Numbered from the stretch's first letter, positions 18,905-27,772 are shown. The stretch: 28,482 bases of DNA from a virus (IMGVR_UViG_3300020161_003187:1-28482), one strand, 5' to 3'. Numbers and translations: made by a program. The notes: generated from the sequence alone by a model not told the origin.

Positions 18905-18938
18905 ATAAATATAACTAAAGAAGAAATACTAATAAATA
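18905..18938 (-). promoter_or_regulatory. Two TATTTAT motifs upstream of gp25, putative late promoter
   Basis: Copies at 18905-18911 and 18932-18938. The second overlaps the terminator U-tract. Confidence 0.4.
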
Positions 18939-18963
18939 AAAAATCCCAACCGAAGTTGGGATT
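18931..18963 (-). terminator. Intrinsic terminator with a cUUCGg tetraloop ending the replication/RNR block
   Basis: Minus strand AATCCCAAC-TTCG-GTTGGGATT followed by TTTTATTTATT: a perfect 9-bp stem. Confidence 0.9.
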
Positions 18964-18968
18964 GTATA

Positions 18969-19050
18969 TTGTTTGGATTTTTTGCTCCTTTTATGACCAA
19001 ACAAAGTAGATGAATAGACGTGTTATGTAATTTCTCATGGAGCCACCTAC
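18969..19050 (-). ncRNA. Candidate structured RNA (two hairpins with loop-loop pairing) in the nrdA 3' UTR
   Basis: P1 GUAGGUG/CAUCUAC and P2 UUGUUUGG/CCAAACAA. Loop 1 GCUCC-AUGA is complementary to loop 2 UCAU-(AAAA)-GGAGC. No known family recognised. Confidence 0.5.
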
Positions 19051-19052
19051 AG

Positions 19053-21482
19053 TTACGAACCACAACCTTCACATTCAAAAGGTGAATCTGTTGGTCTTGA
19101 TGGGTTAACCATCTCTACCACTTCCTCCTCTTGATTATTTTGGTTGTATGAAGCACTTTGTACCTCTTTGGTTTCAACTGTGGGTTTCGCTGTTGAGGTA
19201 TCAATACCTAAACCTTTTAATGGGTCAACAGCCGCTCTGGTTCTAAGATAATACATACCAGTTTTCAAACCAAGTTTCCACCCATACAAATGGGCCGCCA
19301 AAACTTTGGTTTTGTTTGCATTATCAATAAATAAATTTAATGATTGCGATTGGTCAATATATATTGACCTGTTTGCCGCCATGGTTAATATTCGTTTTTG
19401 TGACATTTCCCAAACTGTTTTGTAAACTTCTTTTACATCAACAGGTATTTCAGGGATGTTTTGTACCGAACCATTTTCCATGATTAATTTTTTCTTTAAT
19501 TCATCTGACCACAAACCTCTTTCAAGTAATTCATTAACTAAGTGTTTGTTGATTACGATAAACTCACCACCCAAAGTTCTTCTTGAGTATAGGTTTGATG
19601 TAAATGGTTCAAACGCTTCGTTATTACCGAGGATTTGCGCGGTTGACGCGGTTGGCATCGGAGCAACCAATAAAGAATTTCTAACACCGAATTTTACGAT
19701 TTCTTTTCTTAATGATTTCCAATCCCATCTACCACTTGTGTCTTTGTCCGTTTTACCCCATAATTCGTATTGGAAAATTCCTTTTTCTATTGGAGACCCA
19801 ACAATAGTTTCGTATGGACCGTGAACTTTTGCTAAATCTTTTGATGATGTTAAAGCGGCAAAGTAAACGGTTTCAAATATTTCCACTTGTAATTGGTCCG
19901 CTTTTTCACTTTCAAATGGTAAATCCAACATACAAAAAACATCGGCTAAACCTTGAACACCTAAACCAACTGGCCTATGTCTCATGTTTGAATTTTTTGT
20001 TTCCTCTGTGGGGTAAAAATTCAAATCGATAACGTTGTTTAGGTTTTTTACTACTTGATAAACATACTCATAAAGAAGTTCGTGACTAAACTCTTTGTCG
20101 ATAATGTATTTTGGTAATGCAATCGATGCGAGGTTACAAACTGCTTGTTCGGTTGGACTTGAATACTCAATAATTTCAGTACACAAGTTTGAAGATTTAA
20201 TTGTACCTAAGTTTTTTTGATTTGATTTGTAATTGGCGGCATCTTTATATAACATATAAGGGGTACCAGTTTCAATTTGTGCAGTCAAAATCGCGTCCAT
20301 TAACTTTCTCGCTTTCACCACTTTTCTTGCCCTACCTTCTTTTTCATATCTCTCATAGAGTTCAGTAAACTCTTGAGTGAAAGAAAATGGGTCGTCATAA
20401 ACGTCTGATAATCCTGGCGCTTCGTCAGGTGAAAACAAAGACCAATCCCCATCTTCCTCAACCCTTTTCATAAACAAGTTTGGTGTCCACATTGCCAAGA
20501 ACAAATCTCTCGCTCTCATTTCTTCTTTACCGTGGTTTTTTCTCAAATCAATAAATTCAAACACGTCTGAATGCCATGGTTCAAGATAAATTGCAAAAGA
20601 ACCTTTTCTTTTTCCTCCTTGGTTAATCCACCTTGCAACTTCATTGTAAGTTTTCATCATCGGAAGTAAACCATCGGATTCACCTCCTGTTCCCTTAATA
20701 TAAGAACCTTTAGCCCTAACATCATGAACGTGAAGACCAATCCCCCCTGCCCATTTAGAAATCTTAGCAACGTCTTTAATTGTATCAAACAAACCATCAA
20801 TGTCATCGCCTTTATTTCCAATTAGGAAACAAGATGACATTTGTGGTCTACGGGTACCAGCGTTGAATAAAGTGGGTGTTGCATGTGTATAAAAATGTTG
20901 AGACAAATCATCGTAAATTCTCAATGCCATTTCTAAATCGCCATTACAAATACCCACAGCAACTCTCATATACATGTATTGTGGTCTTTCAACAATTCTT
21001 TGACCAATCTTCAAAAGGTAAGAACGTTCAAGAGTTTTGAATCCAAAATAATCAAAATCAAAATCTCTTTCTTGCACAACGGCACCATCTAAGGACTCTC
21101 TATTTTGAATTACAAATTGATAAACTTCATCTGAAATTAATGATGATTCTTTACCTGTTTTTGGTTCATTAAAAGAATAAAGTTCTTTGATACATTGGGA
21201 GAACTTTTTTGGTGTGGTTTTATGTAGGTTTGATACCGCTAATCTACCCGCTAATTTTGCGTAATCGGAATGGGTGGTAACCATAGACGCAGCCGTTTCT
21301 GCCGCTAAAGTATCTAATTCAGTAGTTGAAATACCGTCATAGATTCCTTGAGTCACCTTAAGTGTTACCAGTGTCGGGTCAATGTACTCTAAATTTAAAT
21401 CATCACAGAAATATTGAATTCTTCTGGTGATTTTGTCATATCTCATTTCTTCCAATGAGCCGTCTCTCTTTTTTACTTTCAT
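19053..21482 (-). CDS. nrdA: Ribonucleoside-diphosphate reductase class Ia alpha subunit with an ATP cone (809 aa)
   Basis: ATP cone VKKRDG, plus QMSSCF, SSNLCTEI, CNLAS, APMPTASTAQILG, GMYYLR and a C-terminal CxxC (CEGC). Confidence 0.98.
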   Translation of the reverse strand: MKVKKRDGSLEEMRYDKITRRIQYFCDDLNLEYIDPTLVTLKVTQGIYDGISTTELDTLAAETAASMVTTHSDYAKLAGRLAVSNLHKTTPKKFSQCIKELYSFNEPKTGKESSLISDEVYQFVIQNRESLDGAVVQERDFDFDYFGFKTLERSYLLKIGQRIVERPQYMYMRVAVGICNGDLEMALRIYDDLSQHFYTHATPTLFNAGTRRPQMSSCFLIGNKGDDIDGLFDTIKDVAKISKWAGGIGLHVHDVRAKGSYIKGTGGESDGLLPMMKTYNEVARWINQGGKRKGSFAIYLEPWHSDVFEFIDLRKNHGKEEMRARDLFLAMWTPNLFMKRVEEDGDWSLFSPDEAPGLSDVYDDPFSFTQEFTELYERYEKEGRARKVVKARKLMDAILTAQIETGTPYMLYKDAANYKSNQKNLGTIKSSNLCTEIIEYSSPTEQAVCNLASIALPKYIIDKEFSHELLYEYVYQVVKNLNNVIDLNFYPTEETKNSNMRHRPVGLGVQGLADVFCMLDLPFESEKADQLQVEIFETVYFAALTSSKDLAKVHGPYETIVGSPIEKGIFQYELWGKTDKDTSGRWDWKSLRKEIVKFGVRNSLLVAPMPTASTAQILGNNEAFEPFTSNLYSRRTLGGEFIVINKHLVNELLERGLWSDELKKKLIMENGSVQNIPEIPVDVKEVYKTVWEMSQKRILTMAANRSIYIDQSQSLNLFIDNANKTKVLAAHLYGWKLGLKTGMYYLRTRAAVDPLKGLGIDTSTAKPTVETKEVQSASYNQNNQEEEVVEMVNPSRPTDSPFECEGCGS

Positions 21483-21489
21483 ACTCTAA

Positions 21490-22467
21490 TTAAAAATCTA
21501 TGTCGTCAAATGATGTATCCATATCTTCAATAGATACGTTATTGTTTACTCCCGCTTTTTGATATTCCGCAACCCTTTTTTCGAAGAAGTTTGTTTTTCC
21601 TTGAAGTGCAATGTTTTGCATAAAATCAAATGGATTCTCAACGTTATAAACTTTAGAACAATTTAAAGACATTAACAATCTGTCCGTTACAAATTCTAAA
21701 TATTGAGACATTAAATCCGAGTTCATACCTATCAATTTTACAGGTAGTGCCTCTAAAATAAATTCTTTTTCAATTTCTAAAGCCCCACAGATAATGTCTT
21801 TAATTCTTTTTTCACTGAGTTTATTCTCGATGTGATTATTAAATAAATGACACGCAAAATCACAGTGCATTCCTTCATCTCTTGAAATAAGCTCATTTGA
21901 AAAGGTTAAACCAGGCATTAAACCACGTTTTTTGAGCCAGAAAATAGAACAGAATGAGCCAGAAAAGAAAATACCTTCCACCGCGGCAAACGCTATGAGT
22001 CTTTCGGCGAATGTTCCTTTCTCAATATATTTTAGTGCCCACTCAGCCTTTTTCTTTACCGCCGGTATAGTGTCAATTGCGTTGAATAATTTACTTTGTT
22101 CTTGTTTGTCTTTGATATATGTGTCAATAAGTAATGAATATGTTTCACTGTGAATGTTTTCCATCATGATTTGAAATCCATAAAACATTTTCGCTTCGGT
22201 ATACTGAACCGCGTTAACAAAATTCATTGCAATATTCTCATTCACAATACCGTCAGATGCTGCAAAAAAAGCCAACACATTTTTTATAAAATGTTGTTCA
22301 TCTCCGTTTAGTTTATTTTCCCAGTCATAAATGTCTTGCGCTAAATCAATTTCTTCCGCAGTCCAAAAACACGCTTCTTGTTGTTTGTAGTACTTCCAAA
22401 TGTCGTGGTGTTCGATTGGAAAAAGGACAAAACGTCCTGGATTTTCTTTTAAAATCTTCTCTATCAT
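21490..22467 (-). CDS. nrdB: Ribonucleoside-diphosphate reductase class Ia beta subunit (325 aa)
   Basis: [29 protein letters not shown] (iron ligands and radical Tyr), [17 protein letters not shown] and KTNFFEKRV. Confidence 0.98.
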   Translation of the reverse strand: MIEKILKENPGRFVLFPIEHHDIWKYYKQQEACFWTAEEIDLAQDIYDWENKLNGDEQHFIKNVLAFFAASDGIVNENIAMNFVNAVQYTEAKMFYGFQIMMENIHSETYSLLIDTYIKDKQEQSKLFNAIDTIPAVKKKAEWALKYIEKGTFAERLIAFAAVEGIFFSGSFCSIFWLKKRGLMPGLTFSNELISRDEGMHCDFACHLFNNHIENKLSEKRIKDIICGALEIEKEFILEALPVKLIGMNSDLMSQYLEFVTDRLLMSLNCSKVYNVENPFDFMQNIALQGKTNFFEKRVAEYQKAGVNNNVSIEDMDTSFDDIDF

Positions 22468-22481
22468 GGTGATAATAATTA

Positions 22482-23858
22482 TTAGTTTCGGTTTAAAGTT
22501 TCTTGTCTTTTAATGAACGCATCTTTTATTCTTTCAGAATTGTTCTTTTGTTTTTCTTCCTTGTGACCAAGGAGAGTTGTTTGAGACTCAGTATCAATGA
22601 CTAATAGTCTATTATCAAACTTACAGTTTTGCCATATAATACCGTCACGACCGATTCTTGACTTAAGTAATGTCATAGTCGCTAAATTGTGTTCTTTTTG
22701 TTCAATAGTTTTTCCTATAGAAAGAATCACGTGTGCAATTTGAGCCTTTTTGATTGACCCACCCATTTGGTCACTATTTACAACCTCGGATGAAATTGAT
22801 TCTCGGTTACCTTGAGTGGCCGTCCATATTACAATCCCAAATTCACTCGTCATTGACTCTAAACTTCTCATTACTGAACCTTCACCTTTCCATTCCTCAC
22901 CAAAATTTGATTTTTCGGGACTAATACAATCTACATAGTCAATCACCAATAAATCAATTTTATTCCCTTCAGAAATTCTTTTTCTTAATCGAGATTTTAT
23001 TTCAGATATAGTTACCGAATCACTTGGTAATTTTAAGATGTCCAAACTACCTTTACTTTGACTCTGTACTTGAACAATTTTTTCTTTTACAAAATCTTTG
23101 TTTTCGGGTTGTTCATCAGGAGCAACACCGGACCATATTGTGTAATGTTTCTTTTTGATGTTATCGGGGTTATCTTCAAAGAAGATTTGAAGAACGTTAT
23201 ATCCGTGAAGATATGCTGTATTTGAGAAAAGAGATAGAATGGTGGTTTTACCCGTACCGGTTGGTGCAAGAATAACACCCAACTCACCGACACCTAATCC
23301 ACCTTTTAGTGCAGAATCTAATCCTTCAATTCCGGTAGGTATTGGTTGTCTATTATCCTTTTCTAAAGCGGCGTCGATGTTGTGGAACACATCTATAGAT
23401 TCCTCGGGAGGTAATCCAACTTGAAGTGCTTTTTGAATAATACCCTCTATTTTGTGGTACTCTTGAAATTTACCGTTTTCAATAATCGCGGTCACCATTT
23501 TGAGTTCTTTCTTTAAATTCTGTTGTTTACAGAAATTCAAAGCCTCCTCTCTAACCATAGGGTCTTCTTTGGTGTTTTCTTTGATATCATGGATGGTATC
23601 TAAGTGAATCCTGGCGGATTCTTGGGAACCTAATTCCAAAATTATTGTTTGAGACAAACTTTGGTAATCAGGTATATTTCCGTATTTCTGATAATATTCT
23701 TTTATGTGAGCAGTAATGAAACGAAAAGAACTATTATCAAAATATTTGCTATCGATTACGTCAATAATTTGCTCACCGTATTTTTTATCTTCAATAATTG
23801 ATTTAATTAACGTTTGTTGAAATGACGCACCGAGGAATCCAAAATTTTTTTCTGACAT
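22482..23858 (-). CDS. Replicative helicase, DnaB / T4 gp41-like (458 aa)
   Basis: [15 protein letters not shown], Walker A APTGTGKT, Walker [17 protein letters not shown] and KSR-x-G motifs of SF4 helicases. Confidence 0.93.
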   Translation of the reverse strand: MSEKNFGFLGASFQQTLIKSIIEDKKYGEQIIDVIDSKYFDNSSFRFITAHIKEYYQKYGNIPDYQSLSQTIILELGSQESARIHLDTIHDIKENTKEDPMVREEALNFCKQQNLKKELKMVTAIIENGKFQEYHKIEGIIQKALQVGLPPEESIDVFHNIDAALEKDNRQPIPTGIEGLDSALKGGLGVGELGVILAPTGTGKTTILSLFSNTAYLHGYNVLQIFFEDNPDNIKKKHYTIWSGVAPDEQPENKDFVKEKIVQVQSQSKGSLDILKLPSDSVTISEIKSRLRKRISEGNKIDLLVIDYVDCISPEKSNFGEEWKGEGSVMRSLESMTSEFGIVIWTATQGNRESISSEVVNSDQMGGSIKKAQIAHVILSIGKTIEQKEHNLATMTLLKSRIGRDGIIWQNCKFDNRLLVIDTESQTTLLGHKEEKQKNNSERIKDAFIKRQETLNRN

Positions 23859-23871
23859 AGTTTTTAATTTA

Positions 23872-24315
23872 TTATAATTGGTAGTTTAAATAAGTTGTTT
23901 CCAAATCTCTAGATGATAAAATATCGGTTAAATCCGACAAGTATCTCTTTAAATATGGACGAATGTCTACCGTGTATCTTACCTTTGGGTGGAAGATATC
24001 CGCGGGAAACATCCTTTGAATAAATACATCGTCACCCATCTTAATCTCCAATAGGAAATACTCTTTTTCGTTTTGTTCTTCGGTTTCTGCAACCTCTAAA
24101 CCGTAAAAATAATCACGATTTTCGTGTAGATAATCCAAAGTTTTTGTTTTCAAATCACTACTAATATCATCACAAATATTTTTTATGTAGTAATGTAAAT
24201 CCATGGAACGTCGCGACTTAGAATTATGTTCCCTAACGTTAAAGAAACGTTGACAAATAATGTTTCCTTCTAATGTTAAAAGGAATTCAAACTTGGTTAC
24301 TTCTTGGTTACTCAT
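23872..24315 (-). CDS. Hypothetical protein (147 aa)
   Basis: Fills the gap between the exonuclease gene (8-nt overlap) and the helicase gene. No family recognised. Confidence 0.85.
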   Translation of the reverse strand: MSNQEVTKFEFLLTLEGNIICQRFFNVREHNSKSRRSMDLHYYIKNICDDISSDLKTKTLDYLHENRDYFYGLEVAETEEQNEKEYFLLEIKMGDDVFIQRMFPADIFHPKVRYTVDIRPYLKRYLSDLTDILSSRDLETTYLNYQL

Positions 24316-25330
24316 TGTCTTTGATTTTAATTAATTTTTTATTTTTTTCTTTTCTTGTTAATCTTAAAAATGGATTGAGAAAGTTTATCCACGCATCGTC
24401 CGATTTTGGTAACAGTAAGAATATACCATCCTCCATCATCATCTTCATGGTGTTCTTGTATGAACGACCCTCTGGGTCAATCAAATCATTTATTAGTGAG
24501 TTTATTGAGTCTCTTGCATCTTCAGTTAAGAAAGGATTCTCAAGACTTACAATACGACTATTGACATCAAAAAATTCTTCACCTAAAACTCCGTATTTGG
24601 TTACTCCGGTCAAAAGATTTTTTACCAAACGATTATCATTGTCTTCCTCAAATAGATTATTGAATCTATTGAGAATAAAATCAATACTTATCTCTTCTGT
24701 TTTAATCTCGGGAACCATTGTTATCAACCTACGTACACCCAAATTTTTAATGCCCGCAATATTATCAGACGGGTCTCCACATATCATTTTGACCAACTTT
24801 ATGTTCTGTATAAGAATCTGTTCGTGGTCATAGACAAACATATCATTTGGTTGATACATTTTGCTATGAGATGGATTAAAGAGTTTGGTATTTTCTGAAA
24901 CCAATTGTGTTAAATCCCCATCAGAAGAAAAAATTATTTTATTTTCTTTAGGTGAGTTTTGGGTATAATATGCTATCGAATCATCCGATTCACAGAATTC
25001 ATATTCTCCTTGTCTAACAAAGAGTTCTTCTAAGTATTGTTTGATTCTATTTCTTTGTTTGCCATAAGAATGTAATTCTTCTTCTGACCTAATCCGAGAT
25101 TTACGATTTTCTTTATATTGGTGGTAGAACCTTTTTCTAGTGATAGACCCATCTTGGCCATCCCAAAAAACAACAATTTTATCTAATCGATGAATTTCAA
25201 TTGTTCTTCTTAATGTGTTGATAAAATGATAAATCCCACCAATATGTTCTCCCTTATAAAAGTGATTTTTTAATCCAAAAAAACCAATAGTAAGTAAATT
25301 ATCACCATCTACTAATAATACATTAGACAT
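24308..25330 (-). CDS. 5'-3' exonuclease / flap endonuclease (PolA N-terminal domain or T4 RNase H-like, 340 aa)
   Basis: LLVDGDNL, VFWDG, YKENR, ESDDSIAY, SSDGDLTQL and GDPSDNIAGIKNLG (H3TH motif). Confidence 0.93.
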   Translation of the reverse strand: MSNVLLVDGDNLLTIGFFGLKNHFYKGEHIGGIYHFINTLRRTIEIHRLDKIVVFWDGQDGSITRKRFYHQYKENRKSRIRSEEELHSYGKQRNRIKQYLEELFVRQGEYEFCESDDSIAYYTQNSPKENKIIFSSDGDLTQLVSENTKLFNPSHSKMYQPNDMFVYDHEQILIQNIKLVKMICGDPSDNIAGIKNLGVRRLITMVPEIKTEEISIDFILNRFNNLFEEDNDNRLVKNLLTGVTKYGVLGEEFFDVNSRIVSLENPFLTEDARDSINSLINDLIDPEGRSYKNTMKMMMEDGIFLLLPKSDDAWINFLNPFLRLTRKEKNKKLIKIKDNE

Positions 25331-25361
25331 TAATCATCACTCTTATAGGGTTAAACAAAAA

Positions 25362-26360
25362 TTAATCTTCTTCTTCGTAATCGTAAGTTGTTGATTCTGC
25401 TAAATCAAAATCGCTAACACCCAATTTCTCTTTCCAAAAATTTGAATGTTCTTTTTTATACGTTTCTAACGCTTCTTTGGTGTCTGAAATGTATCCGTTA
25501 TGAACTACAATAACTTTACCGTCTTTATAACCTAAACCGTTAACGTGGTTTTTAAGGATTGAAATTTTAGTTCTAACTGCATATGCAATCTTTCTACCAT
25601 CTTTAACTGCGTCAATGTGGTTGATTCCTGATTTCTTTTGATTTCCGAAAAGGAAAACTAATGCTGACGCTAACCAAAGAGCTTCACCACCTTTCGCTTT
25701 AATTTCAGGTTGACCAAATGGATTATCAGGTAATTCAACCCATGGCTGATTAACCACCACCATTGTCAAGTAATATGGATTTTCTTTAGTTGGGTAATCT
25801 TCCTTTTTTGATTTTGTAATTCTCGCGTGAATACCCATACCTATTTTGTCAGAGAGTACACTTGCGTTGTGTTGTTTACCACCTTTACCATCAAAGGTCA
25901 TTTTACAAGGTATCGAACCAATAGAATCCCAACAGAATAAAATATGTCTCGGAATTTCACCTTTTTCATGAGCTTCAATAACTTCGTTCATAAAATCAGT
26001 TGCTTGTTCGATGTATTCAAATGAATCGTTAAAAATGAAATCACCGACCCATTCTCCATCAGAGTTTTTCTCGGCTTGGAATCCTAGTTCAAGAGCATGT
26101 TCCCATTTCCATTTTCTTTCGGTTATGATTAAGACTGGTAAATGACCTTTCTTTTGTGCGTCAACCGCGGCTAAAATCATTGCGGTTGTTTTTGATGAGT
26201 TAGTATGTCCTAAAAACATATTAATGTTACCCATCACAGGACCTGGTAGCCCACACGCATTATTAAACGCTTCACCACAGTAATAAAAATTCTCGTCCTT
26301 GTATTTTGTTTTAGTGGAGAATTTGGATATATAATCGAATTCTTTTTTCTTGATTGCCAT
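25362..26360 (-). CDS. RecA/UvsX-like recombinase (332 aa from the ATG at 26360)
   Basis: P-loop GHTNSSKTT, ITE-x-K, Walker B FCWDSIG, VVVNQ, KGGEAL and KNHV. Start revised to MAIKKK, because the ORF-track start at 26405 is non-ATG and lies inside a hairpin. Confidence 0.88.
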   Translation of the reverse strand: MAIKKKEFDYISKFSTKTKYKDENFYYCGEAFNNACGLPGPVMGNINMFLGHTNSSKTTAMILAAVDAQKKGHLPVLIITERKWKWEHALELGFQAEKNSDGEWVGDFIFNDSFEYIEQATDFMNEVIEAHEKGEIPRHILFCWDSIGSIPCKMTFDGKGGKQHNASVLSDKIGMGIHARITKSKKEDYPTKENPYYLTMVVVNQPWVELPDNPFGQPEIKAKGGEALWLASALVFLFGNQKKSGINHIDAVKDGRKIAYAVRTKISILKNHVNGLGYKDGKVIVVHNGYISDTKEALETYKKEHSNFWKEKLGVSDFDLAESTTYDYEEED

Positions 26361-26379
26361 TGTATGAATAATATTTTTA

Positions 26380-26428
26380 ATTAAAAAAGAAGAACTTGGG
26401 CACAATATCTATGTATGTACCCAAGTTC
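26380..26428 (-). terminator. Terminator-like hairpin between the SSB and recombinase genes
   Basis: Minus strand GAACTTGGGTACA-N11-TGTGCCCAAGTTC (13 bp with one G-U pair) followed by TTCTTTTTT. Confidence 0.7.
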
Positions 26429-26435
26429 ACTTTAA

Positions 26436-27290
26436 TTAGAACGGTAAATCATCGTCCCCTTCAGCGTCTTCTTGTGGGTCAAATTCGGGGGTTGAGGTCT
26501 TTACGGGAGCAACGGGTTTGGACATTTGAAACTCTTCTGTCGAGTTTGAAACATACTTACCTGTGGTGGTATCCCATCTTGGGACTTCACCTTTAGCAAC
26601 CATTTCTAAATATTCTTCTGGTTTTTTAGAGTATACATCACCCCAAACCAACTCGTCATTCAACCAAGTTTGTGCCACATCATTATCGGTATGTAGTGGT
26701 GATTGGTCCTCGGGAATTATTGAGGTGATACTTGTGTACTCTCTACCATTACCCGCTTTGGTAAGATTCAAATTGATAATCAAATCCCTACCTTTTTGTG
26801 GGTCGGTAATATCTCCTTTGTTTTTGAAAAGAGGGTAAATTTTGTCCAATACACCTTCACTCTTAGTGTTGTGCTTGAATCTCCAAAATTTTACACCGTC
26901 TTGTTCTCTTTCTCTATCGATTACTTTGACAATATAAAATTTACGTGAGCGATACTGACGAGCTAAAACCTTGTCTTGTTCGTCTCCAGTCATCATAAGA
27001 CCTTCGTAGACCTCGTTCAAGGGTGAACGTTTTCCGTCTTTACTTGGGTCATATAATTTAATCCAATTACCGTCGACTTGTACTTCATGAAAGTACGCCT
27101 CTTTGAACGGTGAACCACCATCGTCAGATGGGAGTATTCTAATTCTTCTTTCACCACTTCTTTCACCTTTTGGTAACAGGGTGGTAAAATACTTTTTCAT
27201 TCTATCCTCTTGGGATACCTTGTTTGCACTGCCGCCCGCGGCTTGTTTGTTTTTTTCGTACTGTGCTAGTACTGATTCTACTGTTGACAT
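26436..27290 (-). CDS. Single-stranded DNA-binding protein, T4 gp32-like (284 aa)
   Basis: RIRILP, 'FYIVKVIDR...GVKFWRF', 'DITDPQKGRDL' and an acidic tail ending DDDLPF. Located next to the recombinase gene. Confidence 0.85.
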   Translation of the reverse strand: MSTVESVLAQYEKNKQAAGGSANKVSQEDRMKKYFTTLLPKGERSGERRIRILPSDDGGSPFKEAYFHEVQVDGNWIKLYDPSKDGKRSPLNEVYEGLMMTGDEQDKVLARQYRSRKFYIVKVIDREREQDGVKFWRFKHNTKSEGVLDKIYPLFKNKGDITDPQKGRDLIINLNLTKAGNGREYTSITSIIPEDQSPLHTDNDVAQTWLNDELVWGDVYSKKPEEYLEMVAKGEVPRWDTTTGKYVSNSTEEFQMSKPVAPVKTSTPEFDPQEDAEGDDDLPF

Positions 27291-27331
27291 ATTATTTGTT
27301 TTTAAATTGTTAGAAATGTATTTCTATGTAA

Positions 27332-27359
27332 AGTATAGACAAAAAAAGTCAGATTACAA
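27332..27359 (-). promoter_or_regulatory. Putative host-sigma-type promoter for the replication block
   Basis: Minus strand TTGTAA-N16-TATACT, about 40 nt upstream of the SSB ATG. It overlaps the hairpin at 27347-27368. Confidence 0.45.
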
Positions 27360-27379
27360 AATCTGACTCTTCTTTTTTT
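27341..27379. terminator. Inverted repeat, probable (possibly bidirectional) intrinsic terminator
   Basis: AGTCAGATT-acaa-AATCTGACT, flanked by an A-run on the left and CTTCTTTTTTT on the right. Confidence 0.75.
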
Positions 27380-27397
27380 AAAAAATATTTTCGAGGG

Positions 27398-27772
27398 TTA
27401 CTCTAAAGTTAAAAGATACAACAATTTGTTCAAAGAACCAAGTATCTCATCCCTTAAGTTTAATAGGTCCGTATCTTCGGTCTCATCTAAATCCATAGAA
27501 AACTCAATAAGAGCTTTGGTACAAACCTTAATCATATCAGTCGGGTTGATATCGGTCAAGTTTACCATTTCGATTGACTTTGTGTCATCTTCTAAAGTAA
27601 ATCTACCATATTTACCCATTGATATCTCAACAAACTCATCTATAAGGTCATTTAAAGTATCATAAGTCTTACCAAACGCCTCGTGTCTGGCGATTCCTTT
27701 TGTTTGCCAATGAAATATTCTTAATTGAATTTGTAAACCAACTAAAAAGTTTACTTTAGTACTTAAATTCAT
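27398..27772 (-). CDS. Dps/ferritin-like four-helix protein (phage DUF5856-like, 124 aa)
   Basis: FHWQTKGIARHEAFGKTYDTLNDLIDEFVE matches the Dps HW...H...D-x-x-x-E ferroxidase pattern. The C-terminus RDEILGSLNKLLYLLTL is typical of the phage family. Confidence 0.75.
   Translation of the reverse strand: MNLSTKVNFLVGLQIQLRIFHWQTKGIARHEAFGKTYDTLNDLIDEFVEISMGKYGRFTLEDDTKSIEMVNLTDINPTDMIKVCTKALIEFSMDLDETEDTDLLNLRDEILGSLNKLLYLLTLE

Noticed and set aside
19035-19055. Stop-codon read-through or SECIS-like extension of nrdA
   Set aside because: NrdA already ends in its normal CxxC tail, the stop is UAA, and a second stop (UAG) follows after one codon.
19053-26360. Inteins, introns or homing endonucleases in RNR, helicase or recombinase
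   Set aside because: The proteins are of normal length with contiguous catalytic motifs.
26361-26405. N-terminal extension of the recombinase given by the ORF track
   Set aside because: It starts at a non-ATG codon inside a terminator-like hairpin. The ATG at 26360 has a typical A-rich context.
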